Source of the DNA: a virus
DNA length: 46,576 bases
IMG/VR virus record: IMGVR_UViG_3300025732_000004
Strand: one strand, 5' to 3'
Numbering within the stretch: position 1 is the first letter of the stretch; the number at the start of each line of letters is the position of its first letter. The position numbers and the translations under genes were made by a program. Below are positions 30,743-39,234 of this stretch, piece by piece. Below the pieces are notes generated by a model. That model searched no databases, was not told the DNA's origin, and saw only the letters and a list, made by a program, of their open reading frames with translations.

Positions 30743-30985
30743 TCACTTGGTGTCGTTCAACTGCTGCTGCAGGTACTGGCGCATCGCCTTGTCCGCTGCT
30801 GTGGGGTTCGGCTTGAGATCCAGCTCAAAGATCCGGTCGCGCAGCTGCTGGCGGCGGGCCTCACGGAACTGCGCCTCCACCTCCTGCGACTTCGCGTAAC
30901 GGCTATCCAGCGCGACAGAGGTGGTGACGATGGTAGTCAGCAGCGCAAGGGCAGTGCCAAGTGCCGTAATGACTTTGGGGCTCAT
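30743..30985 (-). CDS. Membrane-anchored coiled-coil protein (80 aa)
   Basis: N-terminal TM segment VITALGTALALLTTIVTTSVAL, followed by a charged helical region. Confidence 0.55.
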   Translation of the reverse strand: MSPKVITALGTALALLTTIVTTSVALDSRYAKSQEVEAQFREARRQQLRDRIFELDLKPNPTAADKAMRQYLQQQLNDTK

Positions 30986-31392
30986 GTGGCGCCCTCGCCT
31001 TGGAGGCCGTCTGGGCCAGTCGTGATGGTGAGGCGCACCTGATGCTGGGGGCCCGCGCCCTCCGGCACCGCCACCGTCTGTGCCTCAGAGCCGGGGTACG
31101 CCCAGATGATACGGCCGCTGAGCTGGTCGAGGTCACCATCGCCCTCCCAGTCCACCAGATACACCCGCCACTTGCGCAGCGCCACCTCACGCTGGTAGCT
31201 GTTGATCGGCTCTAAGTCGGGGTTGCGGCGGATCACCACCTCCACCCCTCTGACTTTTGTGCCGGTGCTCATGCCCTCGCCCGTGGCGCGGACGCTAATA
31301 GCGGGGGTCTTGACACCATTGCCCAGCGTGTACTCGCCCAGCTGCTCCACCAGCAGGCTTTCCAGTTCCTGGCGCAGGGTGAGCACGTCCAT
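30982..31392 (-). CDS. Hypothetical structural protein (136 aa; start MDVLTLRQEL at 31392)
   Basis: The track N-terminal extension overlaps the upstream gene. Confidence 0.55.
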   Translation of the reverse strand: MDVLTLRQELESLLVEQLGEYTLGNGVKTPAISVRATGEGMSTGTKVRGVEVVIRRNPDLEPINSYQREVALRKWRVYLVDWEGDGDLDQLSGRIIWAYPGSEAQTVAVPEGAGPQHQVRLTITTGPDGLQGEGAT

Positions 31393-31396
31393 GTGC

Positions 31397-31927
31397 CTAG
31401 GATTCCGCCGTTCGCAGCAGGTGGCCTGCCTCGATCCATCCCACGCCGGGGCGCTCGGGCAGCACAAAACGGTGCGTCAACAGCGGCTTGTCAATGTCGC
31501 GCATCAGCACATCGCCGCTGATGCGGCCCTGCACCAGCACCAAGCCGCCACGACAGTTCTGGCCTTCCCAGACCGGTGCCAACACCCACACTGCACCGTC
31601 GTCACTCTTGAAGGCGCGGGTCTCAGGTGTCGCCACCACCTCCTTGGCGGACGCCAAGATCTGGGGCCAGACCGTGAGCAACAGCGGCGGGTGGGCGTTC
31701 TCCGCCTTCAGCGCCAGCGCTACTGCCGCTACCTCCGGCTTGAAGGCGTCCTCGGCTCGCTCGCGTTCGCGGTAGCAGCAGAAGTCAGCAGCGCTGAACG
31801 GCTCCGGCTTGCGCTTGCTGTCGCGATTCAAGTTGGCGGTGAGCGCCATCATCTGGGCCTGCGGTAGTTCCGCAATGGCCGCGGCGTCGCGCTGGATCCG
31901 GTGCAGTTCGCGCCACGCCACCAACAC
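31397..31927 (-). CDS. Hypothetical protein (176 aa)
   Basis: ORF with a GTG start and a gggagg SD-like element upstream. Confidence 0.55.
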   Translation of the reverse strand: MLVAWRELHRIQRDAAAIAELPQAQMMALTANLNRDSKRKPEPFSAADFCCYRERERAEDAFKPEVAAVALALKAENAHPPLLLTVWPQILASAKEVVATPETRAFKSDDGAVWVLAPVWEGQNCRGGLVLVQGRISGDVLMRDIDKPLLTHRFVLPERPGVGWIEAGHLLRTAES

Positions 31928-31998
31928 CTCCCGCCGTAGTTCGCGGTGGAAGGTGCTGCGGTGGTACTGGCCGGGGAAGCCGGCGAATAGGTCAAACG

Positions 31999-32565
31999 CT
32001 ATTGCGGGCCAGTTGGTTTCGGGTCGCTTCCACGTCCCCGCCGCCGCTTTCCCAAGTCATCCGCGCTAGGTGGCTCGGAAGGCATGTCCTCCGCCGCTTG
32101 CTCGTCCTGCGCCAGCTTCCAGAAGTCGTCGAACAGCGGCTTGGCCATGCCGTGGGTGTCCTCAACGCTCCACTCCGGTAGGCCGCAGCGCGATCGCACC
32201 AGCGCCGTGACGGTCGCCACCAAATTGCGTTGACCTGCTGCGGCGTAGACCTTCGCTACCTCGTTGATGCGCTCGGCGTGCTTGACGCGGATGGCCTCAG
32301 CTGCAGGCTCCAACTCCAGGCCGCTGATGGCTTTTTCGACGATCGCAAACGCCTCGGACAGGCTGATGCTCTCCTCGGTGGCGATGGCGTCCGCGATCTG
32401 GGCGCCCCGCACAAAGCTGCTCTGCTCAGACGCCAACAGCTCAGAAATGGTGGCGGATTCGCCGACCGTTAAGCCGCCACGGACTTCCACCTCCAGCTCG
32501 CCCACCTGCGGATTGCCCAGACGACGCTTCTGCGTGGGTGCTGGTGGTGTGATGAACGGCAGCAT
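31999..32565 (-). CDS. Hypothetical protein (188 aa) with an acidic then basic C-terminus
   Basis: ORF only. A tail-assembly-chaperone role is possible but unsupported. Confidence 0.55.
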   Translation of the reverse strand: MLPFITPPAPTQKRRLGNPQVGELEVEVRGGLTVGESATISELLASEQSSFVRGAQIADAIATEESISLSEAFAIVEKAISGLELEPAAEAIRVKHAERINEVAKVYAAAGQRNLVATVTALVRSRCGLPEWSVEDTHGMAKPLFDDFWKLAQDEQAAEDMPSEPPSADDLGKRRRGRGSDPKPTGPQ

Positions 32566-32568
32566 GAA

Positions 32569-32700
32569 TTAACGGGCAGTGATTTGTTGTACCAGCCTAA
32601 GGTCAGATTGCTTGCGAAGGAATGCGTAGCGATTGGCTTGGGTTTGCTGCTGCGCACGCTGCAGCAGGGCTTGGGCGTTGGTGGGGGTGGGCTCGGGCAT
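32569..32700 (-). CDS. Small Gln-rich ORF (43 aa, MPEPTPTNAQALLQRAQQQTQANRYAFLRKQSDLRLVQQITAR)
   Basis: It fills the gap exactly: 2 nt after the upstream stop and 3 nt before the next ATG. Not in the track. Confidence 0.4.
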   Translation of the reverse strand: MPEPTPTNAQALLQRAQQQTQANRYAFLRKQSDLRLVQQITAR

Positions 32701-32702
32701 GG

Positions 32703-33959
32703 CTAGGCGAGGCGGGTGATGGAGGTTGGTGGGGTGAAGCTAGCGCCGGTGTAGAGGGCTTTGCCGGCGGTGTAGCGGATGCACTTAACAGCCGGCCTAA
32801 TGCTCGGCACTCCTGCTGCCTCAGGATCCTGCTGTTGGCGCAAAACTGGGATATAATAGTTGTAGCCACCGAACATCCAGAAGCTATTACTGCTAGTGCC
32901 GCTAAAGGTTAAAGGAGTGTATAAAATGTCTTCTGGGGAAATCGGTGCGTTGAATCCCCAGTTGCCAATAGGGGCCGCAGCCAAGAGTTTGCCATCAGCG
33001 TAAAACCTAAATTGCAGGCCGTCATAGACAAACGCAAAGTGGAAAAAGCCGGTGCCTATTGTTCTTGGGAATGCTATATTGGAGTAAGAAGGTTGCCCTA
33101 CGTAGCCTTCCCCCGTTGCCGCCGTCAAGAGGCGGATGACATTTGTAACATTCTTTGTCAATGGGTCAACACTTAAAGCCCTAAAGTCAGTACCGGAAGA
33201 TGGTATGTGGGACAACTCTATTCTAACCGTGACAAACTCCGAAAAGAAACTAATAAAGTTATAGGCAGATGAACTCCCAATTCTGCAGATTGCTTCGTAT
33301 GTCAGCTTCTCGGGAACTTGGTTAAATCGAGACGTTATTTTGGCGTCTATAGTAGAGCCTGGCCTAATAAATAATCTGTTATACCCCAGATAATTCTCAG
33401 GCGGGCTGAAGTGCTCCCAGCTGCCCTCGGTAACGATGGGCAGATTGGGCGCTACTTTTACTCCAGCAAGAGCAGGGTGTCCGTTTGGGTCGGGGCCAAA
33501 TATGTAAGTAGGACCAAGTTTAGGCCCTGCCTTAATACTGCTTCCGTACAAGGCTGTCCCTTGTGCTGTGCTGTCGGATTCTCCGCTAAATGCCAAAGGC
33601 CAGGTATAAGGAAGCGTCGTGTATGGCCGCGGCAGCGCTAGATAGCTGTCATCGTTTGTGTTTGTGTTTGTGCCCGACGCGCCAGCGCCACCAAGCTGCG
33701 GCAGGGGCTTGCGCTTAAAAGGCGCTGTGACTGGGGACGTTGGCACGGCCCGCCCACCGGTTTGTGTGCCGGTGCGGCTGCTGCGGACGCGATTCTCGCC
33801 TCCAGCGGCACCAGACTTCGCCACCTGCTCCTGTCCGCTAGCGGCCGCCTTCTGCTGACCAGTGCCCTCAAGCGCCACTTGGCGCTGCGCTTGGCGCTGC
33901 ACGCGATCACGCTGGAGCAGCAGCTCACGATCAACTCGGACGTTGATCTCGGTGCTCAT
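32703..33959 (-). CDS. Tail protein with a LamG/concanavalin-like C-terminal domain (418 aa)
   Basis: The C-terminal ...VKCIRYTAGKALYTGASFTPPTSI mirrors the typical LamG_3 ending (V-R-I-T-x-x-x-A-R-Y-T-x-x-F-T-P-P). The body of the domain is markedly AT-rich. Confidence 0.6.
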   Translation of the reverse strand: MSTEINVRVDRELLLQRDRVQRQAQRQVALEGTGQQKAAASGQEQVAKSGAAGGENRVRSSRTGTQTGGRAVPTSPVTAPFKRKPLPQLGGAGASGTNTNTNDDSYLALPRPYTTLPYTWPLAFSGESDSTAQGTALYGSSIKAGPKLGPTYIFGPDPNGHPALAGVKVAPNLPIVTEGSWEHFSPPENYLGYNRLFIRPGSTIDAKITSRFNQVPEKLTYEAICRIGSSSAYNFISFFSEFVTVRIELSHIPSSGTDFRALSVDPLTKNVTNVIRLLTAATGEGYVGQPSYSNIAFPRTIGTGFFHFAFVYDGLQFRFYADGKLLAAAPIGNWGFNAPISPEDILYTPLTFSGTSSNSFWMFGGYNYYIPVLRQQQDPEAAGVPSIRPAVKCIRYTAGKALYTGASFTPPTSITRLA

Positions 33960-34363
33960 CAGTCGTCCGTCCGCAGGCTGATGCGATATGTCTGCGTCTG
34001 GCCCACTGCCAACGCAATATTGGGTGACTCCGTGATGATGCTATGCGGGTACGTCGCCCCGTCGATGTAGATCACCACAGTGTCATAGCTGTAGGACGTA
34101 CCGCTGCAGGTAAACTCTGCGTCGATGTCAGGCAGCACATACGCCAGCGCTGTGCCGTCCCATGCGCCGGTGCCGATCACCTCGCTATAGCGCACGTAGC
34201 CGTTGCCGCTCTTCTCAACGCTCTGCCAGTTGGTTACCGTGCTGTTCGCCGTATAGCCGGTGACCCCCACCTCACACAGCATCACCTTCAGCGTTTCGCC
34301 CTCGTAGGCGAGCCCCGCTAGGCGCTCCAGCTCTTTCTGGCTGATCGTTGTGGTTTGGGCCAT
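33959..34363 (-). CDS. Small tail-module protein (134 aa), a possible distant member of the 139/143-aa family
   Basis: Same size and position; weak similarity (YDTVVIYIDGATYPHSIITE...). Confidence 0.55.
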   Translation of the reverse strand: MAQTTTISQKELERLAGLAYEGETLKVMLCEVGVTGYTANSTVTNWQSVEKSGNGYVRYSEVIGTGAWDGTALAYVLPDIDAEFTCSGTSYSYDTVVIYIDGATYPHSIITESPNIALAVGQTQTYRISLRTDD

Positions 34364-34366
34364 GGA

Positions 34367-34798
34367 TCAAGCCACCGTGAAGGTGAAGATGCCCGAGGCG
34401 TTCCAGACGATCTTGAACTGGGTGCCGTCGCCAGCTGTCTGGCTACCGCCGAAGTCGATGAACGCCAGCGGGGGGTCGTTGGCGTTTGTGTCGTTGAACA
34501 AAATGCCGTAGGACGCTGTGAGGTTCCCGCCGCTGGCCGTCCAGGTCACGTCGTCTGCGTCAAACTTGGCGTCGTTGGTGGTGACGGTGCTCACCGCCAC
34601 GTTGGCGAGGGCCTGACCCCCAGTGGTGTAGCCGTTGGCGCCAGCGACCTCAGTGCCACCGGTCGCGGCCAGAGTGGTGTTGGTGGCGTCGAAGGTGGCA
34701 GCGGTCAGCAGCTTGACCTTGTAGGTGTGACTCACTGCGAAGCTGCCGTCCGCAAACTTGGCTGCCGTGTGGTTGTAGACGCTGATTGTGACGGCCAT
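34367..34798 (-). CDS. Small tail-module protein (143 aa), paralog of 29463..29882
   Basis: See the alignment under 29463..29882. Confidence 0.65.
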   Translation of the reverse strand: MAVTISVYNHTAAKFADGSFAVSHTYKVKLLTAATFDATNTTLAATGGTEVAGANGYTTGGQALANVAVSTVTTNDAKFDADDVTWTASGGNLTASYGILFNDTNANDPPLAFIDFGGSQTAGDGTQFKIVWNASGIFTFTVA

Positions 34799-34806
34799 GT
34801 AGCGGA

Positions 34807-34826
34807 CGCTTTGCCGCTAGGTTGCC
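34807..34826 (-). promoter_or_regulatory. Leader motif copy GGCAACCTAGCGGCAAAGCG, 8 nt upstream of ATG 34798
   Basis: Read on the minus strand, in the 30-nt gap after the 1217-aa gene. Confidence 0.5.
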
Positions 34827-34828
34827 TG

Positions 34829-37800
34829 TTAGGCATCTGGGAACGGTTGGCTCGGTGGCGTGAAGGCGCTGGTGTAGCGGGCGACGTCCTTGGTGATCCG
34901 CACTTCGTCGATATAGCCAGCAAAATCGCCACTCCAGTACCGGCCGATGCGAAGGTTTGTTGCTGACGTGGTGAAGGTCGCAGAGGTGGTGGCAGAAGTG
35001 CCGGCGACACCATCTAAGAAGGCAGTGAGAGTAGTTCCAGAGCGAACGAAAGCCGCGTGATACCAAGTTGCGGTGCTCAACGTGCCTGTGGCACACAGCG
35101 CACTCGACGAGCTGGACGGATAATTCCAGATTGAAAGCTTGTTGGACTGCTGAGGATGATTCAAGACGATCACAAAAGCAGTCCCGCCGAAGGAGCCTGC
35201 GCCGTTTGAGATGACGCCGGACTGTTTCATGGTATTGATGTATAGCCAGAACTCAATCGTGAAATCACCGCTAAAGGTGAACGCTGCGTCGCTGGCTGCC
35301 GTGAGCCAGTCGGTGGTGCCGTCAAACAGGGCGCTTGCGCCACCGAACTTACTTTGCGCGGTGCTGATCTGAGCGTTGCCGTTGACTGTGATGGCCCTCG
35401 CGGCAGCACTGCTATCAGTAAATGTTGTTGAACCGTTGCTGCCATTCATGTGGAGTAGCAAGCTGACGTTGCTGAACTCGGGATCGCCATCGGGGCCGGC
35501 CTGAGCTGGTGCCAGGCTCGCGCACGCAATGTCGATTGCAGGCACAGCAATGCTTGTTCCTGTTGCTATCAGTGGGACAAGCGCAGCAACCGCCACGTCC
35601 GCCACCGGAGCAAACAGCAGAGCCCCGGAGCTTCCTGCCGACAGCGGCACCAAGGCCGCGATCGCTACGTCGGCCGCGGGCACAGCCATTGACGCTCCGG
35701 TCTGCACCAATGGCGCGACCCCGGCCACAGCGATCACAAGGGTCGGTACGTTCAGGCTCACGTCGTTGATTACATCCGGCGCAAGCGCTGTCAGCACGAT
35801 GCCGCTCACGCCAGCGGGCACAACAGCACCTATAGAGACCAAAGGTGCTAACCCTGCCATGCTGATGTCAATGGCTGTTGGCACATTTACCAACAGCACG
35901 CGGTAGCCCAGCACCTTTGCCTTGACCGCCGGTGTCAGCGTCACCAAGGGGCGCGTCAGGGCATACGGGATGCTCGTCACTTGCACCGATGCCCGAGTGC
36001 GGCCGTTGACGGTCACGCGCTCGTTGGCCACAGGCACCAGCGTCTCCACATTCAGCGTCACGCCAGGCGTTGGGCCACGGTTGACCCAAGCGCCGCTTTC
36101 CTTCACCCAGATGTCACTGGTGGCCAGATCCACTACGCCGTCACCATTGACCGCGCTGGGGAACGCAGCGTTGAGCGTGGTCTGGGCGTTGGTGCCGACT
36201 GTGGCGACGTCGCCAATGATCTGGCTGGGGGCTGTGTTCGTTGTCGCTGGGGTGGTAGGCAGCGTCGTGATGCCCGGCGCCACAGGGAACCATGTGTCGG
36301 TGCTCCCACCAATGGCGCCTGCCCCGCCCATGAACAGCGCATCGGTCGAGACCACAATGCCGTTGGAGTCGAACGTCCAGCTGGTGCCGTTGGTGCGGTA
36401 GGAAGCCGTGACACCACCCACCGAGATGTAGAACGGCGCGAACGGCGCGGTCGGCAGATACTCGGGTGCCGTCTGGACGTTCAGCCCGTAGCGGTTGCCA
36501 TGCAGCAGCTGGTTCTGGGCACGGCCAAATGCCCGAGCCTTGGACGCTGCGTCACTGGGGATTGCCAGGTAGGTGACGTTGGGGCAGGTGCCGGTGCGCA
36601 GGAACGTGTCATCCGGTGCATATGGCATGGACAGCAACACGACGCTGTCGCCGGAGCCGCCGGTAATCAGCTCAATCTTCGACTCTGAGGCGGTGCTGTA
36701 CCCCCCGCTTTCATTGCTGGGGCTGGTGCCGCTGTCGTCCTTCTTGGCCGTGGCGTTGTAAACCTGATCGGCTTGGGACGGCCGTGCCTGCAGCGCCGCC
36801 TCTCGCCCTGAGCTGTGCGAGCGCTGCACCCCGACATAGGCAAGGCTGGTGCAGGAACTCAGGAAGTCGTTGAGGTTCTGGCCGTTGGCCACACGCGCTG
36901 CGATGTCCTGCTGACCTCCCGGCGTGTACGCATACGCCCGATAGGTCACCGTCGTTGAACCGGTGATCGGGATGTCAAGCGTGTCGGTCTTTGATGGGTC
37001 AAAGGCGTTCTGCTTCACTACAGCTCGGTTGCCGTGCTTATACGTCGTCTCCGTTCTCTCGCTCAGAACCACGCCGCCGGGAATGGTAATGAAGTCGTCG
37101 TTCTCGTCCACGTAGCCAGGGGCTACAGCGCCGACGATGGCGATCACAGGCTCATAGCGCTCCGTGATTTCGCTTGACACTTGGTCGTAACCGTCTGGCA
37201 GCACCTTCTTGCCGTAGTTCTGCTCCAGCCGTTGAGTGTTGTCGCGCTCAACCCAGCTGGAGCCATCCCACACATACTCTTTGCCGCACTCGCTGGTGAC
37301 CTTGTAAACCCGATCCGACATGCCGGGGGTTGGCAAGTCACCAACGTTGCTGACGGTGTAGACGAATAGCGCCGGCGGTGCTGATGTGGTGGCAAAGCTC
37401 GGTGACTTGTAATAGCTGTAACGCGTGACGGTTGTCGTCTCATAGGTGGCACTACCGCTTGCTGGCGCACTGCTGCCGGTGCGGTCGGCGTACTCCAGTG
37501 CGGCCACGATGTAGGAGGCGTTGACTGCCGCAGCACAGACTCGCTCTGTAGTGGTACGGGTTACAACGCGATCAAAGGCGTCGTAGGTCTGATGGGTGGT
37601 TGAGCGGGGGATGTAAGAGAACGATTTTGTGACACTGGTGCCGTTTGCTTTGTTGAACGTGACCGTGACATCCGTTGACGAACCCGTCACGGTGTCGCCA
37701 GAGCCAGCCCCCCATCCGCCGACTTCCTGCTGCTGCTGCCCCTCGGCCGTGCCGTCTGGAATCGGCTCCTGCGTGACAGGCTCCGGATCCTTGAGCTTCA

Positions 37801-38482
37801 GCGTGCTGTAGTTGACGTAGACCGTTTCACCAGGCAGCTCGCCAACGCCGATCGGGGCGATGTCAATGATCTTGCTCTGATCCAGTACCGGACCGCTGCC
37901 ACCGGATTCGCTAAGCGAGAAGGACGCCAAAGAGATGGTGCCCTGCATGTATCCACACTTGCACTCAGAGACCATCAGATCGCTGAGGATGGAGACGTAG
38001 CCGGCGCTGAAGTCGAACGCTGAGATCGAAAACTTGTTCGTCAGGCCGGGTACGCCGCCGATGCCAAGGCGGCTGGCGCACTGTGCTGCCACCGAGGAGG
38101 CAAAGATCGGACGCGTGACGATCGCCAGCTCCTCCTCTGTGACATCGCTATTCAGCGGGTCGCTGAAGATGCTCCATAGGATCGGCTCACGCTTGTTCTG
38201 CTGCAGCGTCAGCTTGCAGCCCACCTGCACTGTCGTCGTGCGGCGGAATGGATCGGCAAAACTGCTGATCACCACCAGACCACGCGGGATCGTGCGCGTC
38301 ACGCCACTCTTGACGTAGGTGAAGGTCACAGCAGTGCCCACCGCTGGGCTGATCAGGCCGTCAATGACGCAGTTGCCCTTGGTCTTGATCAGACCGGTGC
38401 CTTGGATGTAGTCGTCCGAGACGCTGCCACTGATCAGCGTGCCGAGGTTGCAGGTGACAGTGGCGCGGATGTCGATGGCCAT
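34829..38482 (-). CDS. Large tail-tip/baseplate protein (1217 aa) with internal 21-23-aa repeats and a C-terminal LamG_3 domain
   Basis: The position follows the tape measure and the distal tail protein. The C-terminus (FSNVSLLLHMNGSNGSTTFTDSS...SKFGGASALFDGTTDWL...GDFTIEFWLY...IDEVRITKDVARYTSAFTPP) is a textbook LamG_3 pattern. Confidence 0.8.
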   Translation of the reverse strand: MAIDIRATVTCNLGTLISGSVSDDYIQGTGLIKTKGNCVIDGLISPAVGTAVTFTYVKSGVTRTIPRGLVVISSFADPFRRTTTVQVGCKLTLQQNKREPILWSIFSDPLNSDVTEEELAIVTRPIFASSVAAQCASRLGIGGVPGLTNKFSISAFDFSAGYVSILSDLMVSECKCGYMQGTISLASFSLSESGGSGPVLDQSKIIDIAPIGVGELPGETVYVNYSTLKLKDPEPVTQEPIPDGTAEGQQQQEVGGWGAGSGDTVTGSSTDVTVTFNKANGTSVTKSFSYIPRSTTHQTYDAFDRVVTRTTTERVCAAAVNASYIVAALEYADRTGSSAPASGSATYETTTVTRYSYYKSPSFATTSAPPALFVYTVSNVGDLPTPGMSDRVYKVTSECGKEYVWDGSSWVERDNTQRLEQNYGKKVLPDGYDQVSSEITERYEPVIAIVGAVAPGYVDENDDFITIPGGVVLSERTETTYKHGNRAVVKQNAFDPSKTDTLDIPITGSTTVTYRAYAYTPGGQQDIAARVANGQNLNDFLSSCTSLAYVGVQRSHSSGREAALQARPSQADQVYNATAKKDDSGTSPSNESGGYSTASESKIELITGGSGDSVVLLSMPYAPDDTFLRTGTCPNVTYLAIPSDAASKARAFGRAQNQLLHGNRYGLNVQTAPEYLPTAPFAPFYISVGGVTASYRTNGTSWTFDSNGIVVSTDALFMGGAGAIGGSTDTWFPVAPGITTLPTTPATTNTAPSQIIGDVATVGTNAQTTLNAAFPSAVNGDGVVDLATSDIWVKESGAWVNRGPTPGVTLNVETLVPVANERVTVNGRTRASVQVTSIPYALTRPLVTLTPAVKAKVLGYRVLLVNVPTAIDISMAGLAPLVSIGAVVPAGVSGIVLTALAPDVINDVSLNVPTLVIAVAGVAPLVQTGASMAVPAADVAIAALVPLSAGSSGALLFAPVADVAVAALVPLIATGTSIAVPAIDIACASLAPAQAGPDGDPEFSNVSLLLHMNGSNGSTTFTDSSAAARAITVNGNAQISTAQSKFGGASALFDGTTDWLTAASDAAFTFSGDFTIEFWLYINTMKQSGVISNGAGSFGGTAFVIVLNHPQQSNKLSIWNYPSSSSSALCATGTLSTATWYHAAFVRSGTTLTAFLDGVAGTSATTSATFTTSATNLRIGRYWSGDFAGYIDEVRITKDVARYTSAFTPPSQPFPDA

Positions 38483-39234
38483 CAGAGGATCTGTAGCACT
38501 GTCAGAGTCACGTTGTAACGGGTGGTCTTCACACCGGACACCACCGCAACCTCAGCCGTTGAGGTCGGGGGGCTGATCGGGAACCAACTGCCCGCACTCG
38601 GCACTGCGCCAATGGTGCTGTCGTACCACGCCAGCAAGTTGGGGTAGGTGCCGCTGGAGATGTAGCCCTCCACTTGGCGAACCTTGTGCGCCACCAGCGG
38701 CCCCGTGACGTAGCTGGTGCCTGTTGCGGTCAGCGCCACGTTCGGACCGTCCTGGCGGGTGTCCATGGGCTTGGTCAGCGTCACCGTGACTGCGGTGCCG
38801 CCACTGCCAAAGGTGATCGTGCCGAGGTTGGGCTTGTCCTTGTCTTTGTCCTTCTCGATGCCGCGCAGCAGCACCTGCAGCGCTTGAGCGGCATCCACCA
38901 TCACCACCGTGGCGGAGACAAAGGCGCCGGCTTGCTCACCAGATGGTGGGTCCGCAAACCAACAGGCGAGGTTGGTGACGCTCAGGTTGTTGGTGTTGGT
39001 GATCGTCAGCGCGATCGTGGTGCCGACCACGCCGGAGAGCAGCGTGTCCTGATCCTGGATGCGGGTGCTGCGCCAGCTGTTGTACTCGCTCACCAGCGTC
39101 TGCCACTCGGCGGGGGTGAGCAGACCGCTGATGCGGAATGTGCGGGCGGTGAGGCCGGAGCGGGCTTCACCCTCGTAGCCGAAGGGCTGGGCCGTCAGGC
39201 GGTTGGTGCTGAAGCTGCCGATTGTGACTGTCAT
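38482..39234 (-). CDS. Distal tail protein candidate (250 aa; ATG 39234 overlaps the tape-measure stop, ATGA)
   Basis: Position immediately after the tape measure. Confidence 0.45.
   Translation of the reverse strand: MTVTIGSFSTNRLTAQPFGYEGEARSGLTARTFRISGLLTPAEWQTLVSEYNSWRSTRIQDQDTLLSGVVGTTIALTITNTNNLSVTNLACWFADPPSGEQAGAFVSATVVMVDAAQALQVLLRGIEKDKDKDKPNLGTITFGSGGTAVTVTLTKPMDTRQDGPNVALTATGTSYVTGPLVAHKVRQVEGYISSGTYPNLLAWYDSTIGAVPSAGSWFPISPPTSTAEVAVVSGVKTTRYNVTLTVLQIL

Noticed and set aside
32703-38482. A possible diversity-generating retroelement targeting the lectin-type domains
   Set aside because: There is no reverse transcriptase gene and no template/variable repeat pair anywhere in the window.
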